This document shows positions 11,450-20,958 of a DNA stretch of 64,000 bases, piece after piece. Below the pieces are notes generated by a model. The model saw nothing but the letters and a program-made list of their open reading frames with translations. It searched no databases and had not been told where the DNA came from. How positions within the stretch are numbered: position 1 is the first letter of the stretch; the number at the start of each line of letters is the position of its first letter. The stretch is taken from NCBI GenBank assembly GCA_964437955.1, contig CAYTIR010000005.1:1366-65365 (forward strand). The letters run 5' to 3'. The position numbers were made by a program, and so were the translations under genes. The DNA is from an uncultured Staphylococcaceae bacterium. Lineage in GTDB: Bacteria > Bacillota > Bacilli > Staphylococcales > Salinicoccaceae.

Positions 11450-11574
11450 GAACGGGGTGGAGGAGTCTTTATGAAAACTGCATCACGGAATTCTTTCTAT
11501 TCGCCGCTGGAATCTATATTACATATGGTTCTGACTTATAATAGAAGATAGAAATTATGGAATGAGGAAATTGG

Positions 11575-14500
11575 ATGAAAAAGCTTTATGAAATATTGCT
11601 TACGAGAAGCTTGCTATTCATCATTCTGGTATTTACAGTGTCGATTTTAGGTGTCTACACATTTCTGACGATTGATCAGCGGGAAATCCCGGAAACAGAA
11701 GTAAATCTCATCAATGTTACGACAGCTTGGCCTGGAGCGGATAAGTCGGATGTTGAAACGAATGTTACGAATCCTATCGAATCGGAAATATATAATGTGG
11801 AAGGTGTTGAGGATGTATCATCAGTATCACAGGATGATATTTCCATCATCACACTGCAGCTCTCAGACGGTGGGAACCCGGATGATGTACTGAATGATGT
11901 AAACAACGTGGTGAGTGGTCTGAGCAGTGACCTCCCTGAAAATTCTTCCGCCCCCGAAGTGGAATCATTAAGTAATAATTTCCCTCTGCTCAGCTACCAG
12001 ATCTACAGTGATGATGCGCAGAATCTGGATGATGTGAGAAATGAACTGGAAAATCTGAAGCAGGAAGTTTCACAGATGGACGGAATTGACAGCGTTACAT
12101 TAAAAGGATATGAAGAGTATAAATACGAAGTTCAGCTGGACTGGGATGCTTTGGCTGAAAATCAGCTGAATCCGAATGAGATCATGAATGAAATTGAACA
12201 ATCCCTGAACCCGGTGATACTGGGGCAGGAAACAGATTCGGATGAAGTGATCAGACTGTCTTTCCAGGATAAGAAGGCAATTGAAGTACTGGAACAGGTC
12301 AGAGTAGGGAAGGATGACATTCCGCTTACGGAGGTGGCTGAAGTTGCAGAAGTTCAGGAGAAGCCGGAGGATATCGTGGAATACAAAGGGAATCCTGCGG
12401 TTTCATTTACAGTGTTCCTTTCCGCCCGGGAAGATGTCCCTTCAGTTTCCAGGAGTGTGGAATCAGTCGTTGATGAGGGATTCGGGGAACTCCCTGAAAA
12501 CGTTGAAGTTGAAAATATCTCTTCCGAACGTGAGAATGTGGAAGATATATTCGTCGGGTTGTATGCCTCCCTTGCGATTGCATTGATAGCAGTCATCATA
12601 GGTACATCGCTCGGGCTGTCATGGTTTGGTTCCATTACCGTGATGGTGACGGTGTTCCTGTCAGTGCTGGTCGGGCTGGCTCCGATCCCTTGGATGGGTG
12701 TTGATCTCAACCAGATTTCGGTCATCGGGCTGATTATTGCGCTTGGCATACTGGTCGATGATTCCATTGTGGTCAACGACAATATAGAACGCCGGTTTGC
12801 TATCGGCGATAATAAGCTGGATGCCGTCTATAACGGTGTGAAAGAAGTTGCACCGTCCGTCATCGCCTCGACACTGGCGATCGTATTTACATTTTCACCT
12901 CTCCTTTTCTTGTCCGGGGCAAACGGGGATTTCATCAAGGCGCTGCCGAGCATACTGATATCGACGATGATCGTATCGACTGTGCTCGCTCTGACCTTCG
13001 TACCTGCGGTCAGGTATTTGATTGTGAAGAAGAAAGTGCCGAAGCACCCGGGGATCATTGGTAAAGTGTTTACATGGAGCAGTAATGTCTATGCAGATAA
13101 ATTCCTGCCGAAAATCATAAAACGGCCATTGATTTCATTTATCGCTGTACTGATTGTGGGAGTATTGTCTGTTGGGCTGATCAGATTCACTCCATTTGAA
13201 TTCTTCCCGGAAGCGGATCGCTCAGAAGTGACGGTCGACCTGATATTCGAAGAGGGGAAGACGATTGAAAAGACGCATGAAGATGCCCAGGAAGTGCTGT
13301 CATTCCTCCTTGAAGAAATGGATCATGTGGAGTCCGCTTCATTATTTACAGGAGACGGCCTGCCAAATCTGTTCGGCGCCACTTTAGAACAATCCGGTCC
13401 GAACACGGCACAGATAGCGCTCGAGATTGATAAAGAGCAGATGAGTGCATCAGAAACGATAAATGAATTTGAAGATTCTGTGCGCGAAGCTTTTCCTGAC
13501 GCAACAATATTCATGGAAACCATCATCCAGGGGCCGCCTGCAAGTGCGCCGGTCACCGTCGAACTTTTCGAGACGGACCTGGATAAGTTGAATGGGGAAG
13601 TGGACACACTGACAAAAGCGTTGGAGGATGATGGGGCCATCGTAACTTCCAGCATCGGTGAACCTGTAAGGACGATGAATTACAGCATCGATTATGAAGC
13701 ACTGGAAGAGCATGATGTATCAGTTTCCCAAGTGAAAAATGAACTGAACATGATTTCAGAAGGAATTCCAATACAGGAAATCATTGTGGATGGTGACTCC
13801 AGGGAAACATCCATGAAATATTCGGATGAATATACGATAGATAATGTCGACATCATCAAACCGGGGGAAGGCCAGCCTGAAACCTACTCGTTATCCGAAT
13901 TCGTGAATGTGGAGGAGACGGAAGATACCACTTCCATACAGCACAGCAATGGTGAGCGGAGTGCTGAACTGCAAGTCTATTCGGAGGATCAGGAAAAAGT
14001 GAACCAGACGATTGATGAATTCAGCAGTGATCTGGATGCATCCACTGAGATTACAGTCGGCGGGGAATCGTCGGATCAGACAGATTTCTTCATAGAAATC
14101 GGGATTTTATTCTCTGTGATCCTGGTACTTGTATATCTTGTCATCGCCATAGAATTCAATTCCATCGTCATGCCGCTGATTACTGTATTCAGCATATTCC
14201 TAGCGTTCAGCGGTGGGATTATCGGACTGTTCGTCACGCAGACACCGATCAGTTTCCTCGGCATAATGGGGATGGTGTCACTGTCCGGTATCGTCGTCAG
14301 GAACGCTGTCGTACTGATAGACTTCATCGAAGCGCGGCGCAAAGCGGGAGATTTCGATATTTATCAGGCTATTTTTGAAACGGGCCGGGTAAGGTTCAAA
14401 CCGATTGCTTTGACGACATTGACAAGCATTCTGGCACTCGTACCTGTGGCGCTTTCCGGAGACGTATTGTTCGAACCTCTGGCTGTGACGGTCATCGCAG

Positions 14501-14583
14501 GGTTGGCATTCTCGACAATCTTGTCATTGATTGCCACACCGGCGCTGTACTACTTGTACTACCGTGTCAAATACAGGAAATAG
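11575..14583 (+). CDS. RND efflux transporter permease (AcrB/SwrC-like), no adjacent membrane-fusion protein gene
   Basis: 1002 aa with a 12-TM, two-large-loop architecture. GAGGAA RBS. Confidence 0.85.
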   Translation: MKKLYEILLTRSLLFIILVFTVSILGVYTFLTIDQREIPETEVNLINVTTAWPGADKSDVETNVTNPIESEIYNVEGVEDVSSVSQDDISIITLQLSDGGNPDDVLNDVNNVVSGLSSDLPENSSAPEVESLSNNFPLLSYQIYSDDAQNLDDVRNELENLKQEVSQMDGIDSVTLKGYEEYKYEVQLDWDALAENQLNPNEIMNEIEQSLNPVILGQETDSDEVIRLSFQDKKAIEVLEQVRVGKDDIPLTEVAEVAEVQEKPEDIVEYKGNPAVSFTVFLSAREDVPSVSRSVESVVDEGFGELPENVEVENISSERENVEDIFVGLYASLAIALIAVIIGTSLGLSWFGSITVMVTVFLSVLVGLAPIPWMGVDLNQISVIGLIIALGILVDDSIVVNDNIERRFAIGDNKLDAVYNGVKEVAPSVIASTLAIVFTFSPLLFLSGANGDFIKALPSILISTMIVSTVLALTFVPAVRYLIVKKKVPKHPGIIGKVFTWSSNVYADKFLPKIIKRPLISFIAVLIVGVLSVGLIRFTPFEFFPEADRSEVTVDLIFEEGKTIEKTHEDAQEVLSFLLEEMDHVESASLFTGDGLPNLFGATLEQSGPNTAQIALEIDKEQMSASETINEFEDSVREAFPDATIFMETIIQGPPASAPVTVELFETDLDKLNGEVDTLTKALEDDGAIVTSSIGEPVRTMNYSIDYEALEEHDVSVSQVKNELNMISEGIPIQEIIVDGDSRETSMKYSDEYTIDNVDIIKPGEGQPETYSLSEFVNVEETEDTTSIQHSNGERSAELQVYSEDQEKVNQTIDEFSSDLDASTEITVGGESSDQTDFFIEIGILFSVILVLVYLVIAIEFNSIVMPLITVFSIFLAFSGGIIGLFVTQTPISFLGIMGMVSLSGIVVRNAVVLIDFIEARRKAGDFDIYQAIFETGRVRFKPIALTTLTSILALVPVALSGDVLFEPLAVTVIAGLAFSTILSLIATPALYYLYYRVKYRK

Positions 14584-14586
14584 ATG

Positions 14587-14616
14587 AAAGCCCTCCGGCA
14601 TGGAGGGCTTATTTTT
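14587..14616 (+). terminator. RND gene terminator
   Basis: aaagccctcc ggcat ggagggctt followed by attttt. Confidence 0.8.
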
Positions 14617-14818
14617 ATGGGGCAGGAGATGTGGATGATTTAGTGTACATGCGGGTTCGATGCCAGTATGAAAAATGAAAGGCGTGTCATTGTGCAGAAG
14701 TCATCAGAGTGAGTGCCCTGTCCGGTGTTATTGAAAATGAAAGAGTGATGTTAAAAATGAAAATCCCTCACCGGCATCACCGGACAGACGAACGGAAGAG
14801 GGATTCCACGATAGTATT

Positions 14819-16048
14819 CTATTCTTCGGCGAGGGCACCTTTGAAGCTCCGTTTTTCTTCTGATTTCGATATCAGAAGGTTGGCGGCTGCATCCCCAGTG
14901 ACATTCATCGTAGTATATGCCATGTCGAGCAGTCGGTAGATGGCAGCAATCGGTCCCATTAATTCTATGGGCAGTCCGAGCAAAGTCAGGAAGGAGGCAC
15001 CCAGTACGATGCCGCCTCCGGGAATTCCGGGTGCTGCCATATTGAGGACGGTGGCAATGACTACCAGATAGATGATTTCCGGGACACTTAATGGTATCTG
15101 GTAGAAATCGGAGACAAAGACCGCTAACAGACTGAAGGAGATTGCTCCGCCAGCCATATTTATTGTAGTGCCCAGAGGCACGACGAAATTTGTAATGGAT
15201 TCGGAAGCTTTGAAATCTTTGATGCTGACACGCATATTCGTAGGCAGTGTAACGGCTGAACTTGTTGTTGAGAGAGACACGAGCCAAACTTTATAAATGC
15301 CTTTGATGAAATGGATCGGCGACAGGCCTGTATATAACCAGACCGGCAGCAGCATGACGATCACAAAGGCGATGATACAGGCCGCCCATGCGGTAATTAT
15401 GTACAATCCAAGAGCTGAGAATATGCCTGCACCAAATTCTGCAATCGCAAATGCCATCAGGGAAAGTACTCCGATGGGTGTCAGTTCCATAACGAAATCC
15501 AGGATTTTGAATATCACTTTCGACAGGCTGTTTAGGAATGATTTCACGGGTTCAGCCTCTTTCCCGACCGCAACCACTGCGACTGAGAAGAGCAGGGTGA
15601 AGAGTATTGTGGGAAGGATGGCACCTTCACTGATTGCCTGGAATATGTTATCAGGAACGATGTTCATGAAGAAATCCTGGACGGAAGGCGATGTGACTTC
15701 TTCATCAAATCCTGTCGAATCGATATTGATATGATTCCCCGGTCGCACCAGGTAGGAAATGAGCAGACCGATTGTTGCAGTGGCAATGAACATCGAAGCG
15801 AAGACGATTACACTTTTCAGACCGATCCTTCCCAGATCCTGGGTACTCCCGATATTTATGATGCCACCGGCGACTGCGACGAAGATGACGGGTATGATCA
15901 TCATTTTGATGAGGTTGAGATAGACATCACCTATGAACTTCGTCTGAATGGAAAATTCAGGGAGCAATATACCCATCAGTATGCCCAGTGCAAAACCGAT
16001 GGCAATGCGGGAGAAAAGGTGTTTTTTTGATGTGAGCAGTTTATTCAT
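14819..16048 (-). CDS. dicarboxylate/amino acid:cation symporter (DAACS family)
   Basis: 409 aa. Typical family layout with the NMAGGAISF / GIPGGGIV hairpin motifs. Its start overlaps the pheA stop by 8 nt. Confidence 0.8.
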   Translation of the reverse strand: MNKLLTSKKHLFSRIAIGFALGILMGILLPEFSIQTKFIGDVYLNLIKMMIIPVIFVAVAGGIINIGSTQDLGRIGLKSVIVFASMFIATATIGLLISYLVRPGNHINIDSTGFDEEVTSPSVQDFFMNIVPDNIFQAISEGAILPTILFTLLFSVAVVAVGKEAEPVKSFLNSLSKVIFKILDFVMELTPIGVLSLMAFAIAEFGAGIFSALGLYIITAWAACIIAFVIVMLLPVWLYTGLSPIHFIKGIYKVWLVSLSTTSSAVTLPTNMRVSIKDFKASESITNFVVPLGTTINMAGGAISFSLLAVFVSDFYQIPLSVPEIIYLVVIATVLNMAAPGIPGGGIVLGASFLTLLGLPIELMGPIAAIYRLLDMAYTTMNVTGDAAANLLISKSEEKRSFKGALAEE

Positions 16049-16904
16049 TTATTAGAACTCCTTCATATGAGGGGATTTCCCCTTTTTGATATGTTCCGAG
16101 CATATTGATATACTTACTGGCTTTTCCGATTTCCTCCATTGCTTCGGCAAGAAGTGAATCCTCTTTCCCTTTTTCAACATCGATGAAGAATCCGTACGAG
16201 AACGGTTTGTTCTGAATCGGCCGTGATGTGAGGTTCAGCAGATTTATGCCGTGTCGGCTGAAAATATTCAGGATTTCACTCAACGAACCGGTACTGTGAT
16301 CGGATTCGATGTAAAGTGATGTTTTATTCGTTCCGGTGCGTGCGCCCTGAACCCCTTTGCGGAAGAATAAAAACCGCGTTGTATTCAGCGGATTATCACT
16401 GATGTTTCCCCGGATTACTGTCATGTCATACAGGTCTGCCGCATGGCTGCCGGCAATCCCTGCGATGTGCGGATCATCGGAATCACTCACCATCTTCACC
16501 GCCTCGGCGGTATCTGTATATTCACGCACTTCGATGTTCGGATATTCGCTCAAGTATGCATAGCATTGTTCGAGTGCTTCCGGGTGGGAATAGACGGTTG
16601 TTATCTCGGACATCTCCATCTCAGATTTCATAATGAGTGCATGGTCGATTTTGATATATATTTCTTCGACAGCGGAAACCTGCAGATACTTCATCAGATC
16701 GATGGTCCGGGTGATCGGACCGCTCGTGGAGTTCTCCACAGGCAGCGCGATATAATCCAGCCGGTCATCCATCATCGCTTCCACAAGTGTTCTGAAAGTG
16801 GGATACCCCTTCATCTCATAGTCCGATCCGTCTGCAAATTTTTTGCACGCAAGCTCGCTGTATGAACCTTCGACACCTTGATAGCCAATTAACATGAAAA
16901 CCAC
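16041..16904 (-). CDS. pheA: prephenate dehydratase with C-terminal ACT domain
   Basis: IGYQGVEGSYSELA...PVENSTSGPI...TRFLFF...KTSL...GSL..IL..F...INL..L.SRP motifs. Confidence 0.9.
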   Translation of the reverse strand: MVFMLIGYQGVEGSYSELACKKFADGSDYEMKGYPTFRTLVEAMMDDRLDYIALPVENSTSGPITRTIDLMKYLQVSAVEEIYIKIDHALIMKSEMEMSEITTVYSHPEALEQCYAYLSEYPNIEVREYTDTAEAVKMVSDSDDPHIAGIAGSHAADLYDMTVIRGNISDNPLNTTRFLFFRKGVQGARTGTNKTSLYIESDHSTGSLSEILNIFSRHGINLLNLTSRPIQNKPFSYGFFIDVEKGKEDSLLAEAMEEIGKASKYINMLGTYQKGEIPSYEGVLINE

Positions 16905-16930
16905 TCCTCGAATTTTGTAAAATAAAAAAC

Positions 16931-16980
16931 CATTTGAATTGCTCCGTCAATGAGAGGAATCCAAATGGTTAAAAATGTGT
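16931..16980 (-). terminator. pheA leader terminator 2
   Basis: On the minus strand, aaccatttg...caaatggtt is followed by ttttttatttt, directly before the pheA RBS GAGGAGTGG. Confidence 0.7.
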
Positions 16981-16983
16981 AAT

Positions 16984-17021
16984 GAAAAATTCCAGCCATT
17001 TAGATTGCTCTTATGGCTGGA
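16984..17021 (-). terminator. pheA leader terminator 1 (attenuator)
   Basis: On the minus strand, ccagccat aagagcaatcta aatggctgg is followed by aattttt. The 5' arm can alternatively pair with the upstream gatggctg (17046-17053). Confidence 0.65.
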
Positions 17022-17097
17022 GCATTAAATTTTGCTCATTCAAATCAGCCATCGTAGATATATGCATGCCGCCTATATCCACAATGGAATATAGACG

Positions 17098-17157
17098 CTA
17101 TCTAAAATCGCTGAAGAAAAAATTATTCAATTGAGTTGTTGTATATGTGTTTGACAT
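17098..17157 (-). CDS. putative pheA leader peptide, 19 aa: MSNTYTTTQLNNFFFSDFR
   Basis: ATG lies 24 nt downstream of an extended -10, with a weak GAGTGAT SD. Four Phe codons (TTT TTC TTC ... TTT) fall in the last 7 sense codons. Hairpins and two terminators follow. Confidence 0.55.
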   Translation of the reverse strand: MSNTYTTTQLNNFFFSDFR

Positions 17158-17180
17158 AAGTATCACTCAATTCATTTAAG

Positions 17181-17190
17181 ATTGTAACAA
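17181..17190 (-). promoter_or_regulatory. extended -10 promoter of the pheA leader
   Basis: On the minus strand: tTGtTACAAT. Confidence 0.5.
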
Positions 17191-17391
17191 ATGATATCAG
17201 CAGTAAACTGAAAAGTCAATGTTTTTAGAGAATATTCAGGAAAATTGCTGACATACCCCCTCTTTCCAGCCATCACTTTTTCAGCTGCATTATCCAGAGC
17301 AGTCTGCCATTGACCGGAAAAATATAAACACAATCGGATTAATAGTTTAGATGAAAAATGTTTTCTGCCTATTCGGAAGAATCAGATATTG

Positions 17392-17400
17392 TGGTAGAAT
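17392..17400 (+). promoter_or_regulatory. extended -10 element upstream of the NhaC-family gene
   Basis: TGgTAGAAT lies about 60 nt upstream of the start codon. Confidence 0.45.
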
Positions 17401-17461
17401 ACAAAATGGAAAGAGGATATCCTGACAATCAAGGTGTCCTTATAAATGGGGAGGGAGAAAA

Positions 17462-18934
17462 TTGACTAATAATGAAGAATTAGAACGTGCTACAGGAGAA
17501 AGGACGGTTGAAAAGCTGGAGTTCCGGCTCGGGCCGTTTGGTGCAGCGGTACCGTTGCTGTTCTTTGTCGTGTGGGCGATAACAATCAGTGTCATGCAGC
17601 TATCCTCTGAAGTTGCACTTGTTCTGGGTGCAGTAATGGGTGTGACTCTTGGACTTCTGCTGTGTAAAAGTAAATGGGAAGATTATGCACAGGGACTGTT
17701 TGACGGCCTGGCCCAGCCAGTCGGGGTAATTGCCATGGTGGCATGGTTTTACGCCGGTATGTTCGCACAGATTCTGCAGGTCGGGGGACTTGTCGAAGGT
17801 CTGGTGTGGATCGGTTCAGTGACAGGCGTTGAAGGGGGACTGTTCGTCGCATTGACCTTTCTGTTGGCGGCAACCTTCTCGACTGCTGTCGGTACCGGCT
17901 ATGGTACAACAGTGGCGTTCTGTACATTGATGTACCCGGCAGGTGTTGCCGTAGGAGGCGACCCGACATTCATGTTCGCGGCTATTCTGGCAGGAGCGGT
18001 ATTCGGTGATAACCTTGCACCGGTTTCAGATACAACGATCGTTTCCGCCACAACCCAGGATGCCGATGTCCCGGGTGTTGTACGCAGCCGCTTCAAGTAT
18101 TCAATCATCGCAGCTGTCCCTGCAACGATTCTTTTTGCAATATTCGGAGGCGGTGGAACTACTACAAATGAAGCGTCAGCAGGTTCCCTGATGGAATCTG
18201 TCACTCCGAATGGACTGATCATGCTGATACCTTTCGCAATTGTACTTATCCTGGCTCTATCCGGTCAGCATCTGCTGACTTCATTGACTTGGGGCATCCT
18301 GGCAGCAATCGTGCTGATTCTGGTGATTGCTCCCGGAACACTCGGGGATATCATAAGATTCAATCCCGATTCCGACAATGTAGTCCAGGGCGCACTCGTA
18401 TCCGGCCTGACAGGATACTTCAATATGGCAATCCTTATTCTGCTGATTGTGGGTGCTGCGCACTTAATGAGACTGGGCGGCACGATGGCGGCCATAACCA
18501 ATGGTCTGGTCAAATGGATCAAAGGTTCCGTCCGAAAAGCCGAGTTGTCCATCTGGGCGATTGTATCGATACTGAACAGTTCAATCACAATCAACACCGC
18601 AGCAGAGATTGCTGCTGCGCCATTCGTCAAGGAAATCGGTTCGAAATATAAGATCCACCGCTACCGCAGAGCGAATATGCTGGATGCTGTAACTTCAGCA
18701 CTCGGTTATATTTTCCCCTGGGGGGCACCGGTGCTGTTGGGCTGGTCGACAATACAGACGATAAAAGCAGATTCATATGATTGGCTGCCAGTCGTTGAGC
18801 CGACCGCTGTGTTCCCGTTCGTATTCCAGGGCTGGTTCCTGTTCATCATCATGTTTGTTGCAGCATTGACAGGATGGGGACTGCGCTATGAAGGGAAAAA
18901 CGGTGAAGAGTTGAGAGAAAGACCTGAAGATTAA
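17462..18934 (+). CDS. Na+/H+ antiporter NhaC-family transporter
   Basis: GDNLAPVSDTTIVSA motif and about 11-12 TM helices. TTG start after a GGAGGGAG RBS. Confidence 0.75.
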   Translation: MTNNEELERATGERTVEKLEFRLGPFGAAVPLLFFVVWAITISVMQLSSEVALVLGAVMGVTLGLLLCKSKWEDYAQGLFDGLAQPVGVIAMVAWFYAGMFAQILQVGGLVEGLVWIGSVTGVEGGLFVALTFLLAATFSTAVGTGYGTTVAFCTLMYPAGVAVGGDPTFMFAAILAGAVFGDNLAPVSDTTIVSATTQDADVPGVVRSRFKYSIIAAVPATILFAIFGGGGTTTNEASAGSLMESVTPNGLIMLIPFAIVLILALSGQHLLTSLTWGILAAIVLILVIAPGTLGDIIRFNPDSDNVVQGALVSGLTGYFNMAILILLIVGAAHLMRLGGTMAAITNGLVKWIKGSVRKAELSIWAIVSILNSSITINTAAEIAAAPFVKEIGSKYKIHRYRRANMLDAVTSALGYIFPWGAPVLLGWSTIQTIKADSYDWLPVVEPTAVFPFVFQGWFLFIIMFVAALTGWGLRYEGKNGEELRERPED

Positions 18935-18995
18935 TAGGATTTGATATCCGGTGTTGCAGGTGATATGAATGAAATCCCTTGCAGCGCCGGACGGA

Positions 18996-19041
18996 AAAAC
19001 TCCCCGGAGCCACTTGTATTTGAAGTGATTCCGGGGAGTTT
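18996..19041. terminator. bidirectional terminator
   Basis: aaaactccccgga ... tccggggagtttt. Confidence 0.75.
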
Positions 19042-19053
19042 TGCATGCATGCA

Positions 19054-20769
19054 TTACTGGCCGCTGAACTGCGCATCATGCAGCCCTCTGTATATCCCTT
19101 TTTCGATGCCGAGTAATTCTTCGTGTGTTCCTGTTTCTGTAATGCCTTCCTTCGTCACGACCATGATGCGGTCGGCGTTTTTGATGGTGGCGAGCCTGTG
19201 TGCAATCACGAGTGTCGTCCTGCCTTCGGCCAGTCGGTTGAGGGCCTTTTGGATCTGCAGTTCCGTTTCAGTATCAAGTGCACTTGTCGCCTCATCGAGA
19301 ATCAGAATCGGCGGGTTTTTCAGGAACATCCTCGCAATCGCAATCCGCTGTTTCTGCCCGCCTGAAAGCTTCACGCCGCGCTCGCCGACGATTGTATCGA
19401 GCCCGTCCGGATAACTTTCCACGAGTTCAGTCAGTCTGGCCTTTGACAGGGCATCATGAATTTCTTCATCCGTCGCATCCGGTTTTCCGTAGGAGACGTT
19501 GTCACGGAGTGTTCCGGAGAATAGAAATACATCCTGCTGAACAGTGCCGATGTTTTTCCGGAGAGATGGAAGGGTCAGGTCGCGGATATCGGTGCCGTCG
19601 ATTTTTATCGAGCCACCTTTTACATCGTAAAATCTTGGCAGCAGTGAGCATAGTGTCGTCTTTCCGGCACCGCTCGGACCGACGATCGCAATCGTCTCTC
19701 CGGGCTGGATGCTGAGGGAAATATCATCCAGAATCATTTGTGACTCATATTTGAAATTCACATTTTCATATGTGATGAGTCCTCTGACATTTTCCAATGC
19801 CGCCGCATCCTCACGTTCCTTTACATCCGGTTCTTCGCGCATGATTTCCGTGAAGTGTTTGAACCCGGCGATGCCATTCGGATACAGTTCTATAATCGCA
19901 TTGATTTTTTCAAGCGGTTTGAAAAGAATATTTGATATCAGGACAAATGCAACGAATTCACCGTAAGACAACTCATCATTCATGACGAAGTAGGTCCCGG
20001 CAATCAGGATGAACACAGTCACCAGGCGCATGAGCATGTAAGTGGATGATGTGTTGAAAGACATGATTTTGTATGCTTTGAGTTTTGTTTTTCTGAATGA
20101 TTCATTGATTTCCCTGAAAGCCGCCAGCTCCCTGTCTTCATTGGCGAACGCCTGTACCAGTCGGATGCCGCCGACTTTGTCTTCAATCAGGTGGTTGAAA
20201 TCCGAGACACGTCCGAACAGTTCCCGAAAAGCAACAGTCATCTTTTTATTGAAGTAGATGGCCAGTATGAGTATGACAGGGACAATGATGAATGAAATCA
20301 CTGCAAGCTCCGCATTGATTGTCAGCATGATACCAAACGCCCCCAGCAGTGTCATGACAGCAATGAAAAGGTCTTCGGGCCCGTGATGGGCCATTTCGCC
20401 GACACTCATCAGGTCATTCGTCAGACGTGTCAGCAGTTTGCCGGTCTTTGTATTGTCAAAGAAACGATATGACAGACGCTGGATATGCCCGTACAATTCA
20501 TTCCTGATATCACGTTCGATATTCGTCCCGAGCATATGTCCCCAATATGTAACGATAAACTGCAGCAGTGTGTTGAACATGTAGATGGCAACGAGTCCGG
20601 CAGCTGCAAGCAGAATGATCTGGATGTTTTCATTCGGAAGCAGTTCGTCGATGAACAGGTTGACGATCAGCGGGAAAGCGAGTTCCAGCAGTCCGACGAT
20701 GACTGCACATGTGAAGTCCAGGGTGAACAGTGCTTTATATGGTGCATAATAGGAGAAGAATTTCTTCAA
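19054..20769 (-). CDS. ABC exporter, fused permease/ATPase (multidrug/lipid exporter type)
   Basis: Six N-terminal TM helices. Walker A GPSGAGKTT, signature LSGGQKQR, Walker B ILILDEATSALD. TTG start after AAAGGAGG. Confidence 0.9.
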   Translation of the reverse strand: MKKFFSYYAPYKALFTLDFTCAVIVGLLELAFPLIVNLFIDELLPNENIQIILLAAAGLVAIYMFNTLLQFIVTYWGHMLGTNIERDIRNELYGHIQRLSYRFFDNTKTGKLLTRLTNDLMSVGEMAHHGPEDLFIAVMTLLGAFGIMLTINAELAVISFIIVPVILILAIYFNKKMTVAFRELFGRVSDFNHLIEDKVGGIRLVQAFANEDRELAAFREINESFRKTKLKAYKIMSFNTSSTYMLMRLVTVFILIAGTYFVMNDELSYGEFVAFVLISNILFKPLEKINAIIELYPNGIAGFKHFTEIMREEPDVKEREDAAALENVRGLITYENVNFKYESQMILDDISLSIQPGETIAIVGPSGAGKTTLCSLLPRFYDVKGGSIKIDGTDIRDLTLPSLRKNIGTVQQDVFLFSGTLRDNVSYGKPDATDEEIHDALSKARLTELVESYPDGLDTIVGERGVKLSGGQKQRIAIARMFLKNPPILILDEATSALDTETELQIQKALNRLAEGRTTLVIAHRLATIKNADRIMVVTKEGITETGTHEELLGIEKGIYRGLHDAQFSGQ

Positions 20770-20958
20770 TGATGCGCCTCCTTTTATTTCGAAATATGAA
20801 ATTTTAATCCAAACAAGATTATATCATGGAAATGCCGTAGCCGATTCATACTTTTTGATGAAAATCCGGACATTGTTCAGGTGAAAATGAAAGAAAGCTC
20901 AAGCGCCGTGTGATATTATATAGGAAATAGAAACGGCAGAATTTAGGAGTGAGATGAA

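Noticed and set aside
16905-17160. T-box riboswitch upstream of pheA
   Set aside because: I found no T-box core (GGTGGTACCGCG-like) and no AGAGA or specifier-loop architecture. The leader-peptide model fits better.
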